DNA of 64,000 bases, from positions 39,961 through 103,960 of the forward strand of contig JBEIPA010000019.1 of NCBI GenBank assembly GCA_040377305.1, written 5' to 3'. Below the pieces are notes generated by a model, which worked only from the letters and a program-made list of their open reading frames with translations, had not been told where the DNA came from and did not search any database. Below, piece after piece: positions 49,412-57,410 of the stretch (position 1 is its first letter; each line of letters starts with the position of its first letter). The position numbers and the translations under genes were made by a program. This stretch comes from Flavobacteriales bacterium (GTDB lineage: Bacteria; Bacteroidota; Bacteroidia; Palsa-965).

Positions 49412-50413
49412 TTATAATACCATTCTTTTTTCAGACGTGGCGTCGTGGTGCAGTTTGGGTGTTGTGTTATAGTAAACTGGAGAAGTCGGGTCGGTGACGT
49501 AACCATTCTCAAGCATCTCGTAAATTTCTTTCACGCTTTTGTCGACGTTGAAGATTTGCTTCACGCTGATAAACTTGTGCAGTTTCGAAAAGTCAACCTG
49601 GTAGTCGCGTTTGTCGCCACCTTCTTTCAGGATGTCGATTTTCACGTCCGGAATATATTTCTTCACCGTGTTTGCAATCTGAATTTTCTGGTAATTCTCT
49701 CCCGGAAAACCGATATTGAACACATTATTCTTTACTGTTTCGAAATTTGCTATGATGTTCATCATCACGTTCGCCAGATCGAACACGTGAATGTACGGTC
49801 GGTATGATTCAGGCAGGAAAATATCGAGATACTTCTTCTTCCATCCGTTAAGCGTGAAATCGTTCACTGTTAAATCGAAACGCATACGTGGTGAAGCTCC
49901 GTAAATTGTAGAGAGGCGACCAATCACCCAATCCATGTCTTTCACTTTATCGGTGAGATGACGCTCTACATTCACTTTCGATTCTGCATAAAGTGAAAGC
50001 GGAGATAATGCAGTTTCTTCCGTCGCGAGATCGTTCGCTATTCCGTAGTTCGAACAAGTCGAGAAGAAAATGAATCCTTTCACTTTGCGTTCGCGCGCGA
50101 GCTCAATCAGTTGATAAGAAGCTACTTCGTTGATCGACTTCGTGTCCTCCGGAAATAATTTACTCGCAGGATCGCCCACAACTGCTGCGGTGTGAATTAC
50201 AAAATCGATATTCTGCATCGCACCTTCTAAAACACTCTTCTGACGGATGTCGCCTTTTACGAACGTGTAATTCGGATTGCTGAGATGAATCAGCGGAATG
50301 TTTTCATTGAACCAAAGATGATCGACCGCTACAACGCTGTGACCATTTTGCAAAGCAAGATTTGTGAGGACTGAACCAATATAACCTGCACCACCTGTAA
50401 TTAGAATTTTCAT
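49412..50413 (-). CDS. NAD-dependent epimerase/dehydratase
   Basis: GGAGYIGS, AAVVGDPA, STCSNYG, YAESK, YGASPRMRFDL. Confidence 0.9.
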   Translation of the reverse strand: MKILITGGAGYIGSVLTNLALQNGHSVVAVDHLWFNENIPLIHLSNPNYTFVKGDIRQKSVLEGAMQNIDFVIHTAAVVGDPASKLFPEDTKSINEVASYQLIELARERKVKGFIFFSTCSNYGIANDLATEETALSPLSLYAESKVNVERHLTDKVKDMDWVIGRLSTIYGASPRMRFDLTVNDFTLNGWKKKYLDIFLPESYRPYIHVFDLANVMMNIIANFETVKNNVFNIGFPGENYQKIQIANTVKKYIPDVKIDILKEGGDKRDYQVDFSKLHKFISVKQIFNVDKSVKEIYEMLENGYVTDPTSPVYYNTTPKLHHDATSEKRMVL

Positions 50414-50421
50414 TTGCCGTA

Positions 50422-50456
50422 GACTTAATACTTATGACTTAATACTTATTGACTTT
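50422..50456. repeat. Heptamer tandem repeat (GACTTAA/TACTTAT) in the intra-operon spacer
   Basis: gacttaa-tacttat-gacttaa-tacttat-tgacttt. Confidence 0.65.
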
Positions 50457-50464
50457 AAAACTTA

Positions 50465-50980
50465 CTACCGGTTAGCACTCACAAAATTCACGTGATCCTG
50501 ACACGCAACTTTATCCTTTGTTTTTATCACTCGCGCCGGCGTTCCCGCACACACGGCAAAATCAGGAATATCTGAATTCACAATCGAGTTGGCTCCAACC
50601 ACCGCGTAATTGCCAATAGAACATCCCGGAAGAACAACCACATTATTTCCGAGCCACACACCATCGCCGATTGTAATATCTCCCGTCGTCATCGGACGTT
50701 GCGCAGCCGGACCTGTTGGAAAATTAATGTCGTGAGTTGCTGCAACAATAGAAACATTGTATCCGATTGCCGTCCACGCACCAATTTTCACCATCGATGC
50801 TTCGCCAGCTGAAATGTAACCCGAGTTGTAATATGTCCCTTTACCAATGATCACGTTCTTTCCGGTTATGTGCAACTTCCCAAGTGCAGCATCAGCGTGT
50901 ATGTTGTAACGACTTCTGTATTTAGCGGCTCTTGCGCGATCTGCCCAATGTTCCAACCACAATGCAATTCGCCCGATCAT
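50465..50980 (-). CDS. Hexapeptide-repeat acyltransferase (LacA/CatB-like)
   Basis: AATHD, ITIGDGVWLG, VVGANSIV, AGTPARVIK. Confidence 0.9.
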   Translation of the reverse strand: MIGRIALWLEHWADRARAAKYRSRYNIHADAALGKLHITGKNVIIGKGTYYNSGYISAGEASMVKIGAWTAIGYNVSIVAATHDINFPTGPAAQRPMTTGDITIGDGVWLGNNVVVLPGCSIGNYAVVGANSIVNSDIPDFAVCAGTPARVIKTKDKVACQDHVNFVSANR

Positions 50981-50983
50981 CAG

Positions 50984-53527
50984 TTAAGCTGCTGGCTGTT
51001 GAGACTGTTTACGACGTATAATTACATCCATCGCAATTCCACCAATCACAAAAATGAATATGAGGAACGAGCCGATCAACGCAACCTTCTCACCTGAGTA
51101 ATAACTGTCCGGATGGAACTCCCATGTGATTGTATGCTTGCCTGCCGGAACACGCATTCCTCGCAAAGTATAATCAGCACAGAAATACTCAGCTGGCTTA
51201 CCATCAATACTTGCATTCCATCCAAGTGGATAATAAATCTCCGGGAAGATTATCACACCTTCAAATGATGAATTTGTCTCGTATGCAATCTTATCGGGTT
51301 CGTGTGACAACAACTTCACGGTTGCGTTCGTATCAGTTTTTGCCACAAATCCATTCAGCTGTTCCTGATAACGTGCATCCACCACTGCCTCGGTGCGGGT
51401 ATTGATTTTTCCGACTGCTACAATTTCGGCATCTGCGCTCGGTACAATTGTCACCTTGTCCACAAACCATCCCGGACCATTTGCCGATTGGTTAGTGATC
51501 ACTCCTCCTTGCGGATTATAGATGATGTATTTAATGTTGAACATGTTGATTGCACCCTGCGTAGCAAGTGTTGCCTGAATCACAGAATCAGGATTCGAAG
51601 TATTCATTGCACCTTGCAGCGAAGCCTGAACAACACCAATCTGTTTCTCCAATACCTGTTCGTACAACTCCTGAATCCGCTTCAACTTCGCACCGTGATA
51701 ACCACCGATTGATTTATGGAAGTAAGCGGTCGATGCATCCTGCCAGGTGTTCACGGCAATATTCAGCACACGGAAGGACGGATCTGATTTATCCTGAAGA
51801 ATCATATTATCCGCTGCACTTGCCTTATAAGGAACTTCGTGCTTCTTCGTTTTCTCATAGTTGTCCTTGTCGATGTATCGTTGTCCAACGAAAATCATAT
51901 CGGCACTCACGAGAAAAACCACCGTTCCAATGAGTACTCCCTTTGGAAGATTCCATCTGATAAATGCCCAGATCATTCCCGCAGCAAGAAGGATCAATCC
52001 GAAGCTCCTGCGTGCATCCGAACTAACAATTGCTTCACGTGCAATCTCAAGCTGAGCAACGTATGCGTACGCATTGTCCATATTGCCACCTTGACCGGTT
52101 ACGGCTGAAATAATCTGATTCTGCTCTGCAACTTTCACTGTTTCAAGAACAGCACCGGGCATCATCCAGAATATCAAACAGATTCCTGCAGTGAGACCAA
52201 ACGCAATATAGAGTTGATTGATTTTCTTCTTCATCAATCCCGGATTGTTCATGATATCCCGTACAGCGAGCATGGCCAGAATCGGGAATGTGAGATTGAC
52301 GATCACGAGAATCATCGATACCGCCCGAAACTTGTTGTAACCTGGAACGTAATTGAAGAAAAATTCCGTTAAGCCTAAAAAGTGATCGCCCCAAGATAAC
52401 ATGATCGCGAGTCCGCTTATACCGGCAAGCCACCACTTGATTTTATCTTCTACAATGAAGAATGCAAGTATGGCGAGGAAGAAAATAATTGCACCCACAT
52501 AATACGGTCCGCTCGTGAAACTGACATCACCGAAATAAGCAGCAAAATTGCCTCCGATAACGTCCTGGTATTGCGGATCCACTTTCTTGAGCGCATCGGG
52601 ATCGTAATCACCGATGGCCTGCGATGCACCACCCATCACATCCGGAATCATCAGCGTGTACGTTTCTGCAATGCTGTAACACCATTGTGTAGCGTAGTCG
52701 ATTGATAAACCTTCTGTTTTGTTGTGCTGATCTTTGTCAATCGTAAGCTCCGATGGTCCACGTGTTGTGTACTTGCCGTATTCGCTGGTCAAAAGCAGGT
52801 TCGACATGTTAGGAAGAATTGCGAGTACTACAGCAACTGCTAAAATTCCATTGGACTTCAGCATATCCTTGTACTTCTTCGCAACGTACAAGCGCACATT
52901 TTCCCCGAGTCCGATGAACACGAGCATCATCAGCAAGTAATACGTGATCTGCAAGTGATTGGAATTGATCTCTAGCGCGAGTGCAAGCGCAGTCAACGCG
53001 CCGCCCATCCACACCCGACCTCTGTAGGCGAGAAAGACACCCATGAGCACAGGAGCCATGTAAGAAATCGCATACATTTTAGAATTGTGTCCGGCGGGAA
53101 CAAGAGTAATCATGTAGGATGTTAAACCGAATGCGATTGCGCCACCAATAGCGAGCCACGGATCTACTTTCAACACGAGCATAAGACAGTAGAATCCGAT
53201 CATGCACATGAGTACTGCAGTCACAGGAAAAGGAATGCGCGTTACTGCTGAAATTGCTTTTTGAAATGGGTTCAGAAGGTTTGAAGGATACAAGACAGAA
53301 GTCTGGTACGCTGGCATTCCACCAAACATATTGTTCTGCCACAGCGGCTCACGATTATACTTCGTACGGAAATCGACGATCTCTTTCGCCATTCCTTCGT
53401 GATGTTCAATATCGCCTTGTTTTACACGCTTACCTTCAAACACGAGTGGTTTGAAAAAGAAAGCAGTGATCATCACAAAAAGGAGGATTGCAACAGCCGG
53501 CGCAACGTACTTACTTACAGTGTTCAT
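50984..53527 (-). CDS. YfhO family membrane protein (GT-C)
   Basis: QGDI, PLWQNNMFGGMPAY, HLQITYY, GPYYVG, PGYNKFR, SIGGYHGAKL, EIYYP.GW; ATG 53527. Confidence 0.9.
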   Translation of the reverse strand: MNTVSKYVAPAVAILLFVMITAFFFKPLVFEGKRVKQGDIEHHEGMAKEIVDFRTKYNREPLWQNNMFGGMPAYQTSVLYPSNLLNPFQKAISAVTRIPFPVTAVLMCMIGFYCLMLVLKVDPWLAIGGAIAFGLTSYMITLVPAGHNSKMYAISYMAPVLMGVFLAYRGRVWMGGALTALALALEINSNHLQITYYLLMMLVFIGLGENVRLYVAKKYKDMLKSNGILAVAVVLAILPNMSNLLLTSEYGKYTTRGPSELTIDKDQHNKTEGLSIDYATQWCYSIAETYTLMIPDVMGGASQAIGDYDPDALKKVDPQYQDVIGGNFAAYFGDVSFTSGPYYVGAIIFFLAILAFFIVEDKIKWWLAGISGLAIMLSWGDHFLGLTEFFFNYVPGYNKFRAVSMILVIVNLTFPILAMLAVRDIMNNPGLMKKKINQLYIAFGLTAGICLIFWMMPGAVLETVKVAEQNQIISAVTGQGGNMDNAYAYVAQLEIAREAIVSSDARRSFGLILLAAGMIWAFIRWNLPKGVLIGTVVFLVSADMIFVGQRYIDKDNYEKTKKHEVPYKASAADNMILQDKSDPSFRVLNIAVNTWQDASTAYFHKSIGGYHGAKLKRIQELYEQVLEKQIGVVQASLQGAMNTSNPDSVIQATLATQGAINMFNIKYIIYNPQGGVITNQSANGPGWFVDKVTIVPSADAEIVAVGKINTRTEAVVDARYQEQLNGFVAKTDTNATVKLLSHEPDKIAYETNSSFEGVIIFPEIYYPLGWNASIDGKPAEYFCADYTLRGMRVPAGKHTITWEFHPDSYYSGEKVALIGSFLIFIFVIGGIAMDVIIRRKQSQQPAA

Positions 53528-53548
53528 AAGGGCATTTTGAGTAATGCG

Positions 53549-53556
53549 CAAAGTTA
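53549..53556 (-). promoter_or_regulatory. -7 promoter box TAACTTTG for the yfhO operon
   Basis: Exact TAnnTTTG match 21 nt upstream of ATG 53527. Confidence 0.55.
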
Positions 53557-53690
53557 TCAAAAAGCCGTTCTGAGAGCCGTTAAATAACTCAAATCCGACC
53601 TGTTTTTCGCCAAAAATGAACCGATTTGATCTGTGCGTGTATTCAGTATCCGATAAGCAATTTCGGGACTCACAACCAAACTGAAACCCT

Positions 53691-55433
53691 ATGAAGCAAA
53701 TAGTATTAGCCGGCATGCTTTTAACTGCCACAATCAGCGCGTCTGCCACCACATTTTATGAGCAGCTCTGCGCATTCAATTTCAACTGGAAGAAGTATTC
53801 CATGATCGCTCCGCAAGGCGATTCACGCACGTTCAAAACCGATGCTGATTATGTTCAGGCACATTTGAGTTGTGTTGTACCTATTCTGAAAAGTAATCCG
53901 ACAGATGCACTTTCTGCCAATCAAATGAGTACACGCTTGCATTTAATAGAACTGCTCGACGGTTACCGCGAAGCAAAGCTGTTTCCGTTGAATCATTATC
54001 GCACAGAACGCATTCCGGTTTTCATTGACGAGCATGGAACTCATTGCGCAGTTGGATATCTCATGATGAAGTCGGGATACGAAGAACTTGCGCAACGCAT
54101 TTCACGCACTGACAATTACGTGTGGGTGAAGGACATTAAAGATGAGGAAGCACTTGTATGGCAACAAGAGTCGGGTTTCACGATGGAAGAGTTGAAACTG
54201 ATTCAGGGTGCGTACGATTATTATCCACCGTATGCGTGGACTTCTCCCGACAAATACGAAACACCACAGATGCCGATTTGCACCACCGCCTATTTCGATG
54301 AGGTTCATAATGGTGTAGTTACACTCCGGAAAGAAGAACGCGTATGGTGCAAAGGAGAAGGCAATGGAAAAGTGATCAACGGAAAATGGGAGCAGAACTA
54401 CGCGCCGGGAAAACCGTGGATCAAGGGTTACTTTATCAATGGTCAGCGCAGCGGCGAGTGGGAAGAATATTATCCCGGCACAACCACGCTTTGCCGTACA
54501 GAATCATGGCGCCGCAATAAACTAAATGGTGTGCGCAAACGTTTTGACCGCGAATCCCGACTGGTTGAAGAAATCACTTTTGTGGAAGGTGCGGCAGTTT
54601 GTAAAGTCAACTACAGTCTTTATGACTCACTCACCTACATTCGCATTCCTATTGATTCTGCAACTGTACGCACGCAGGTTTTGAACAAAGAAGGAAACCT
54701 GATTGCATGCGGAGTAGAACGCATTTACAATCCGAGTGGTTTGTTGTGGTTTCAGAACATCGAACTCACGGCTTTGAATTCAATGCAGGTGAGTTCACGT
54801 GCAACGCAGCTCGCTACAGGAACCGCGACTAATACCAACTTCGGTCATGACGGTGGTTACAGTCTAGGTGGAAGTAGCCAGAGCATCAGTCTGCAATCTC
54901 TCTTCGGTGGTGCTCCCGCGCAGCCATCGCTGGTTGAGTATCACAAAATCGGAATGTGGTGGTATTATCCGGAACGCACGTCACTGTTTGCGAAACAACA
55001 TCCGGGAAATCATTGGAAAGAACGTTACCAGCATTACGGAAATGAACTGTACAACGCAACATACATTTTCAATGATATTCACAAGAATGCACAGTACGAT
55101 TCCATACATGCGATTTACGATGATAATACCTTGACTTCGTTTCAAGGATTCAGTAAAACTCAGCCAACACACTACGTGTTTGATTATTATTCGAAGGATG
55201 ATATTATCGCGCAAAACCCATACATCGTGTATCTCTATAACGGCATGGACAATTGGTTACCCCGGGGACAAATGAAGAAATCTGCCGGCCAGTACAATGA
55301 AAAAGGAGAACGCATCGGAGTGTGGTATCACTACAACACCGGCGGGGAACTGGAGAAGAAGGAAGAATATCTTATTCCGTATAAGGAAGAAGAAGTTGCG
55401 CAAGTGAAGAAAGAATCAACTGCTTCGAAATAA
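53691..55433 (+). CDS. Exported hypothetical protein: N-terminal HCAVGYL domain plus MORN/YwqK-like repeats
   Basis: Signal peptide; PVFIDEHGTHCAVGYLM; repeats NGKWEQNY, GQRSGEWEEYY, GERIGVWYHY. Confidence 0.8.
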   Translation: MKQIVLAGMLLTATISASATTFYEQLCAFNFNWKKYSMIAPQGDSRTFKTDADYVQAHLSCVVPILKSNPTDALSANQMSTRLHLIELLDGYREAKLFPLNHYRTERIPVFIDEHGTHCAVGYLMMKSGYEELAQRISRTDNYVWVKDIKDEEALVWQQESGFTMEELKLIQGAYDYYPPYAWTSPDKYETPQMPICTTAYFDEVHNGVVTLRKEERVWCKGEGNGKVINGKWEQNYAPGKPWIKGYFINGQRSGEWEEYYPGTTTLCRTESWRRNKLNGVRKRFDRESRLVEEITFVEGAAVCKVNYSLYDSLTYIRIPIDSATVRTQVLNKEGNLIACGVERIYNPSGLLWFQNIELTALNSMQVSSRATQLATGTATNTNFGHDGGYSLGGSSQSISLQSLFGGAPAQPSLVEYHKIGMWWYYPERTSLFAKQHPGNHWKERYQHYGNELYNATYIFNDIHKNAQYDSIHAIYDDNTLTSFQGFSKTQPTHYVFDYYSKDDIIAQNPYIVYLYNGMDNWLPRGQMKKSAGQYNEKGERIGVWYHYNTGGELEKKEEYLIPYKEEEVAQVKKESTASK

Positions 55434-55452
55434 GTTTAGTTAAACCAAAAAT

Positions 55453-55495
55453 AAAACCGCCGCCAGACTGGGAGTCCGCGGCGGTTTTGCTTTTT
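55453..55495. terminator. Bidirectional intrinsic terminator
   Basis: AAAACCGCCGC ... GCGGCGGTTTT stem with A/T runs on both sides, between convergent units. Confidence 0.8.
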
Positions 55496-55496
55496 G

Positions 55497-55655
55497 TAGG
55501 CCTTCTCTCGTGGAGGCGTCCCCAACTACAGGGAAGTGAGAGTAAGGCTTCCAAACACCTTAACCAGAATTGTACTGTAAACTTAGGGGGAACATCAGGT
55601 CATTCAAACCGACTTTCAATAAGTGGCGGGTTGACTTAGTACTTGGATCAAATGG
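55497..55655 (-). ncRNA. ssrS: Structured RNA, probably a 6S-type RNA (6S-Flavo-like)
   Basis: Minus strand reads hairpin TCAACCCG..CGGTTTGA, then CCTGATGTTCCCCC..TTTACAGTACAATTCTGGTTAAGGTGT, then hairpin GCCTTACTCTC..GAGAGAAGGC and a terminator. Resembles my recollection of the Bacteroidota 6S-like motif; not verified by a covariance model; ends approximate. Confidence 0.55.
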
Positions 55656-55669
55656 AGTGATAACTGGAC

Positions 55670-55800
55670 TAGCAGTACGCAGTAGGCAGTGCGAAGTACG
55701 CAGTAGTGCATTGTTAAAATAACTTAAAGTGAATTTTCTCAAGCAACGTTACTGCGCACTGTTACACTTCGGACTGCGTGTACTGTACACTGCGCACTGC
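55670..55800. repeat. Heptamer (GCAGTAC/GCAGTGC) tandem-inverted hairpin at the DUF4834 stop
   Basis: Left gcagtac-gcagtag-gcagtgc-gaagtac-gcagtag; right tactgcg-cactgtt...cactgcg-cactgc. Confidence 0.8.
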
Positions 55801-56027
55801 TATTTGATCTCTTCGTAGTCAACGTAATCGTCGTCGGAAGAATTCTTGCCCGATTTTTTTCTCGGAGTTTCTTCGATTATTACATCGCCATTACCCCGGG
55901 TGTTGTTGTAATTGTTGTTCGTCTGCGAATGGGAATTTGGTTCGTTTTGTTTTTTCGAATTAGAAAACGCTCCGAATATTCTCCAGATGAGCCAGATTGC
56001 GAGAATGGTGTAGAAAAACTCTTGCAC
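55800..56027 (-). CDS. DUF4834 family small membrane protein
   Basis: N-terminal TM, N/Q-rich linker, C-terminal DDYVDYEEIK; lies upstream of yfhO. Confidence 0.75.
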   Translation of the reverse strand: MQEFFYTILAIWLIWRIFGAFSNSKKQNEPNSHSQTNNNYNNTRGNGDVIIEETPRKKSGKNSSDDDYVDYEEIK

Positions 56028-56031
56028 GGAA

Positions 56032-56133
56032 CAAAGTTACGTCAATTCGAAGATTCGAAATTCGAAATAATTGAAAATGATGTTTGTTAATCTTCAATTT
56101 TTCGAATTAATTCGAACCGATCGAATACTTTTG
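56032..56133. promoter_or_regulatory. Divergent -7 boxes TAACTTTG (minus, 56032-56039) and TACTTTTG (plus, 56126-56133) flanking a TTCGAA repeat hairpin
   Basis: Both exact TAnnTTTG, each 4 nt from its start codon. Confidence 0.6.
56043..56125. repeat. ATTCGAA short-period tandem/inverted repeat
   Basis: aattcgaag-attcgaa-attcgaa...ttcgaatt-aattcgaa-ccgatcgaa. Confidence 0.65.
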
Positions 56134-56137
56134 TCTC

Positions 56138-56602
56138 ATGAAAGTAACCATCACCGTAAAAGAAGTCAATCCTGATTTCGACCGCGAACTTGCAGACAAT
56201 GAATTCGACGGAAAAGAATCAGAAGAAAATATTCTATACACCTGGGAAGATGAATTCGACATCCACGGCGATGTGAAAGATTTCAAAATTCGCAATAACG
56301 TCACGTACGAATTGCAGACTGCCGACGGTGAAGAAGAAGCTACTTATGAAATCGAAGGAATGATGGTGCTGGACATCCTTCTGGCTAATGGCGCAACCAC
56401 CACGTGTGCATTCTCACGCAGCATTGTGAAAGACACGAAGAAGGTAATTACCAAAAAAGAAGATATTCACTTCTTCGTTTTTCTGAAAGGCGGAAAGCAG
56501 ATTGTTTCTCCTGTGACAGGCATTTATATCAATCAGAAAGATTGGCCGAAGGAATTGCCATTACCACCTGAGGAAGATATTACGAGCGACGAAGAAGAAT
56601 GA
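56138..56602 (+). CDS. Hypothetical acidic protein
   Basis: 154-aa ORF with an ATG right after a promoter box; no family recognised. Confidence 0.8.
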   Translation: MKVTITVKEVNPDFDRELADNEFDGKESEENILYTWEDEFDIHGDVKDFKIRNNVTYELQTADGEEEATYEIEGMMVLDILLANGATTTCAFSRSIVKDTKKVITKKEDIHFFVFLKGGKQIVSPVTGIYINQKDWPKELPLPPEEDITSDEEE

Positions 56603-56603
56603 T

Positions 56604-56726
56604 CAGTGTGCAGTGAGCAGTGCGCAGTGCGCAGTAACTGAAGATTATACTATATAATTACTGCGCACTGCTAATTGGGAACTGTTCACTGCGCACTGCA
56701 AACTGCGTACTGTTCACTGCGCACTG
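56604..56726. repeat. Heptamer (CAGTGCG) tandem-inverted hairpin filling the gap between two convergent stop codons
   Basis: cagtgtg-cagtgag-cagtgcg-cagtgcg-cagtaac ... tactgcg-cactgct...cactgcg-cactg. Confidence 0.85.
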
Positions 56727-57281
56727 TTAATTGGGTACCCACGTCTTATCAAACGGTTTCGCCTGAAACAACCAACCGAAATTAATTCTGATTGCGCCAC
56801 GATAGCCGCGATTGAATGCAGCATCCCACATCAGGCAAATTGCGATGAGCCAGTCGACTGAAACGTTTGCATCCGCGTGTATGGTGTAAGAATCTCCTGA
56901 GAAAAACCGCACAGCACTTGATTGAAACCAGGCTACCTGTTTTCCGTTCAGAAAAATCGAAACCCTTCTGCTGCGATGACCGAAAATCTCGAATACATCC
57001 TTTCCCATGTGAATCCGAAAGTGACGGTTCCACCAGGAAACGGTATTGAGTTCGTATTTGTTTGCACCGAAATTGAAAACGAACGATGTCTGAAACATGA
57101 TCGCAATGCGCTGATCAATCTCGAATACGGGAGGGCCACCCTGAACTGCAGTTACCGTAAGCTTCGGATACATTTTGAAAATACTACGCGAGCATTTCAA
57201 AACTTCCTGTCCGTTAACCCGAATCCTGTACTTATCACCAAAGGTGATTTTCTTCTGATTAATCTGAATTAAATTCGGCAT
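56727..57281 (-). CDS. LURP-one/Tubby-C (scramblase-like) family protein
   Basis: INQKKITFGDKYRI, FLNGKQVAW, FFSGDSYTI, C-terminal buried helix LIAICLMWD. Confidence 0.65.
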   Translation of the reverse strand: MPNLIQINQKKITFGDKYRIRVNGQEVLKCSRSIFKMYPKLTVTAVQGGPPVFEIDQRIAIMFQTSFVFNFGANKYELNTVSWWNRHFRIHMGKDVFEIFGHRSRRVSIFLNGKQVAWFQSSAVRFFSGDSYTIHADANVSVDWLIAICLMWDAAFNRGYRGAIRINFGWLFQAKPFDKTWVPN

Positions 57282-57287
57282 AAAATC

Positions 57288-57410
57288 AATGTGCTACTGG
57301 GATAATGTGCAAGTGTGATAATGTGGTTAGTGGTTAATCTGAAATAACCGGAGCAACTTCCACACCCTTCAGTTCTTTAGCCCATTAACCGATTAGCACA
57401 CTAGCACATT
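57288..57410. repeat. Octamer (AATGTGCT) tandem-inverted hairpin at the DUF349 stop
   Basis: aatgtgct-actgggat-aatgtgca-agtgtgat-aatgtggt ... ttagccca-ttaaccga-ttagcaca-ctagcaca-tt. Confidence 0.8.

Noticed and set aside
53528-53752. N-terminal extension of yfhO in the ORF track
   Set aside because: It overlaps the divergent gene at 53691 and a -7 box at 53549-53556; ATG 53527 gives a normal N-terminus
55497-55600. Cobalamin or SAM riboswitch, IscB/TnpB omega-RNA or group II intron fragment
   Set aside because: The conserved motifs are absent or out of order, there is no downstream regulated gene in the right orientation, and no associated nuclease or RT gene
55372-55742. Two 60-aa minus-strand ORFs
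   Set aside because: They overlap the terminator, the structured RNA and the heptamer repeat, and have no protein-like features
55670-57410. Short repeats as a CRISPR-, TIGR- or iteron-type array
   Set aside because: Units are contiguous degenerate 7-8-mers arranged as inverted arms, with no spacers and no adjacent nuclease or Rep gene
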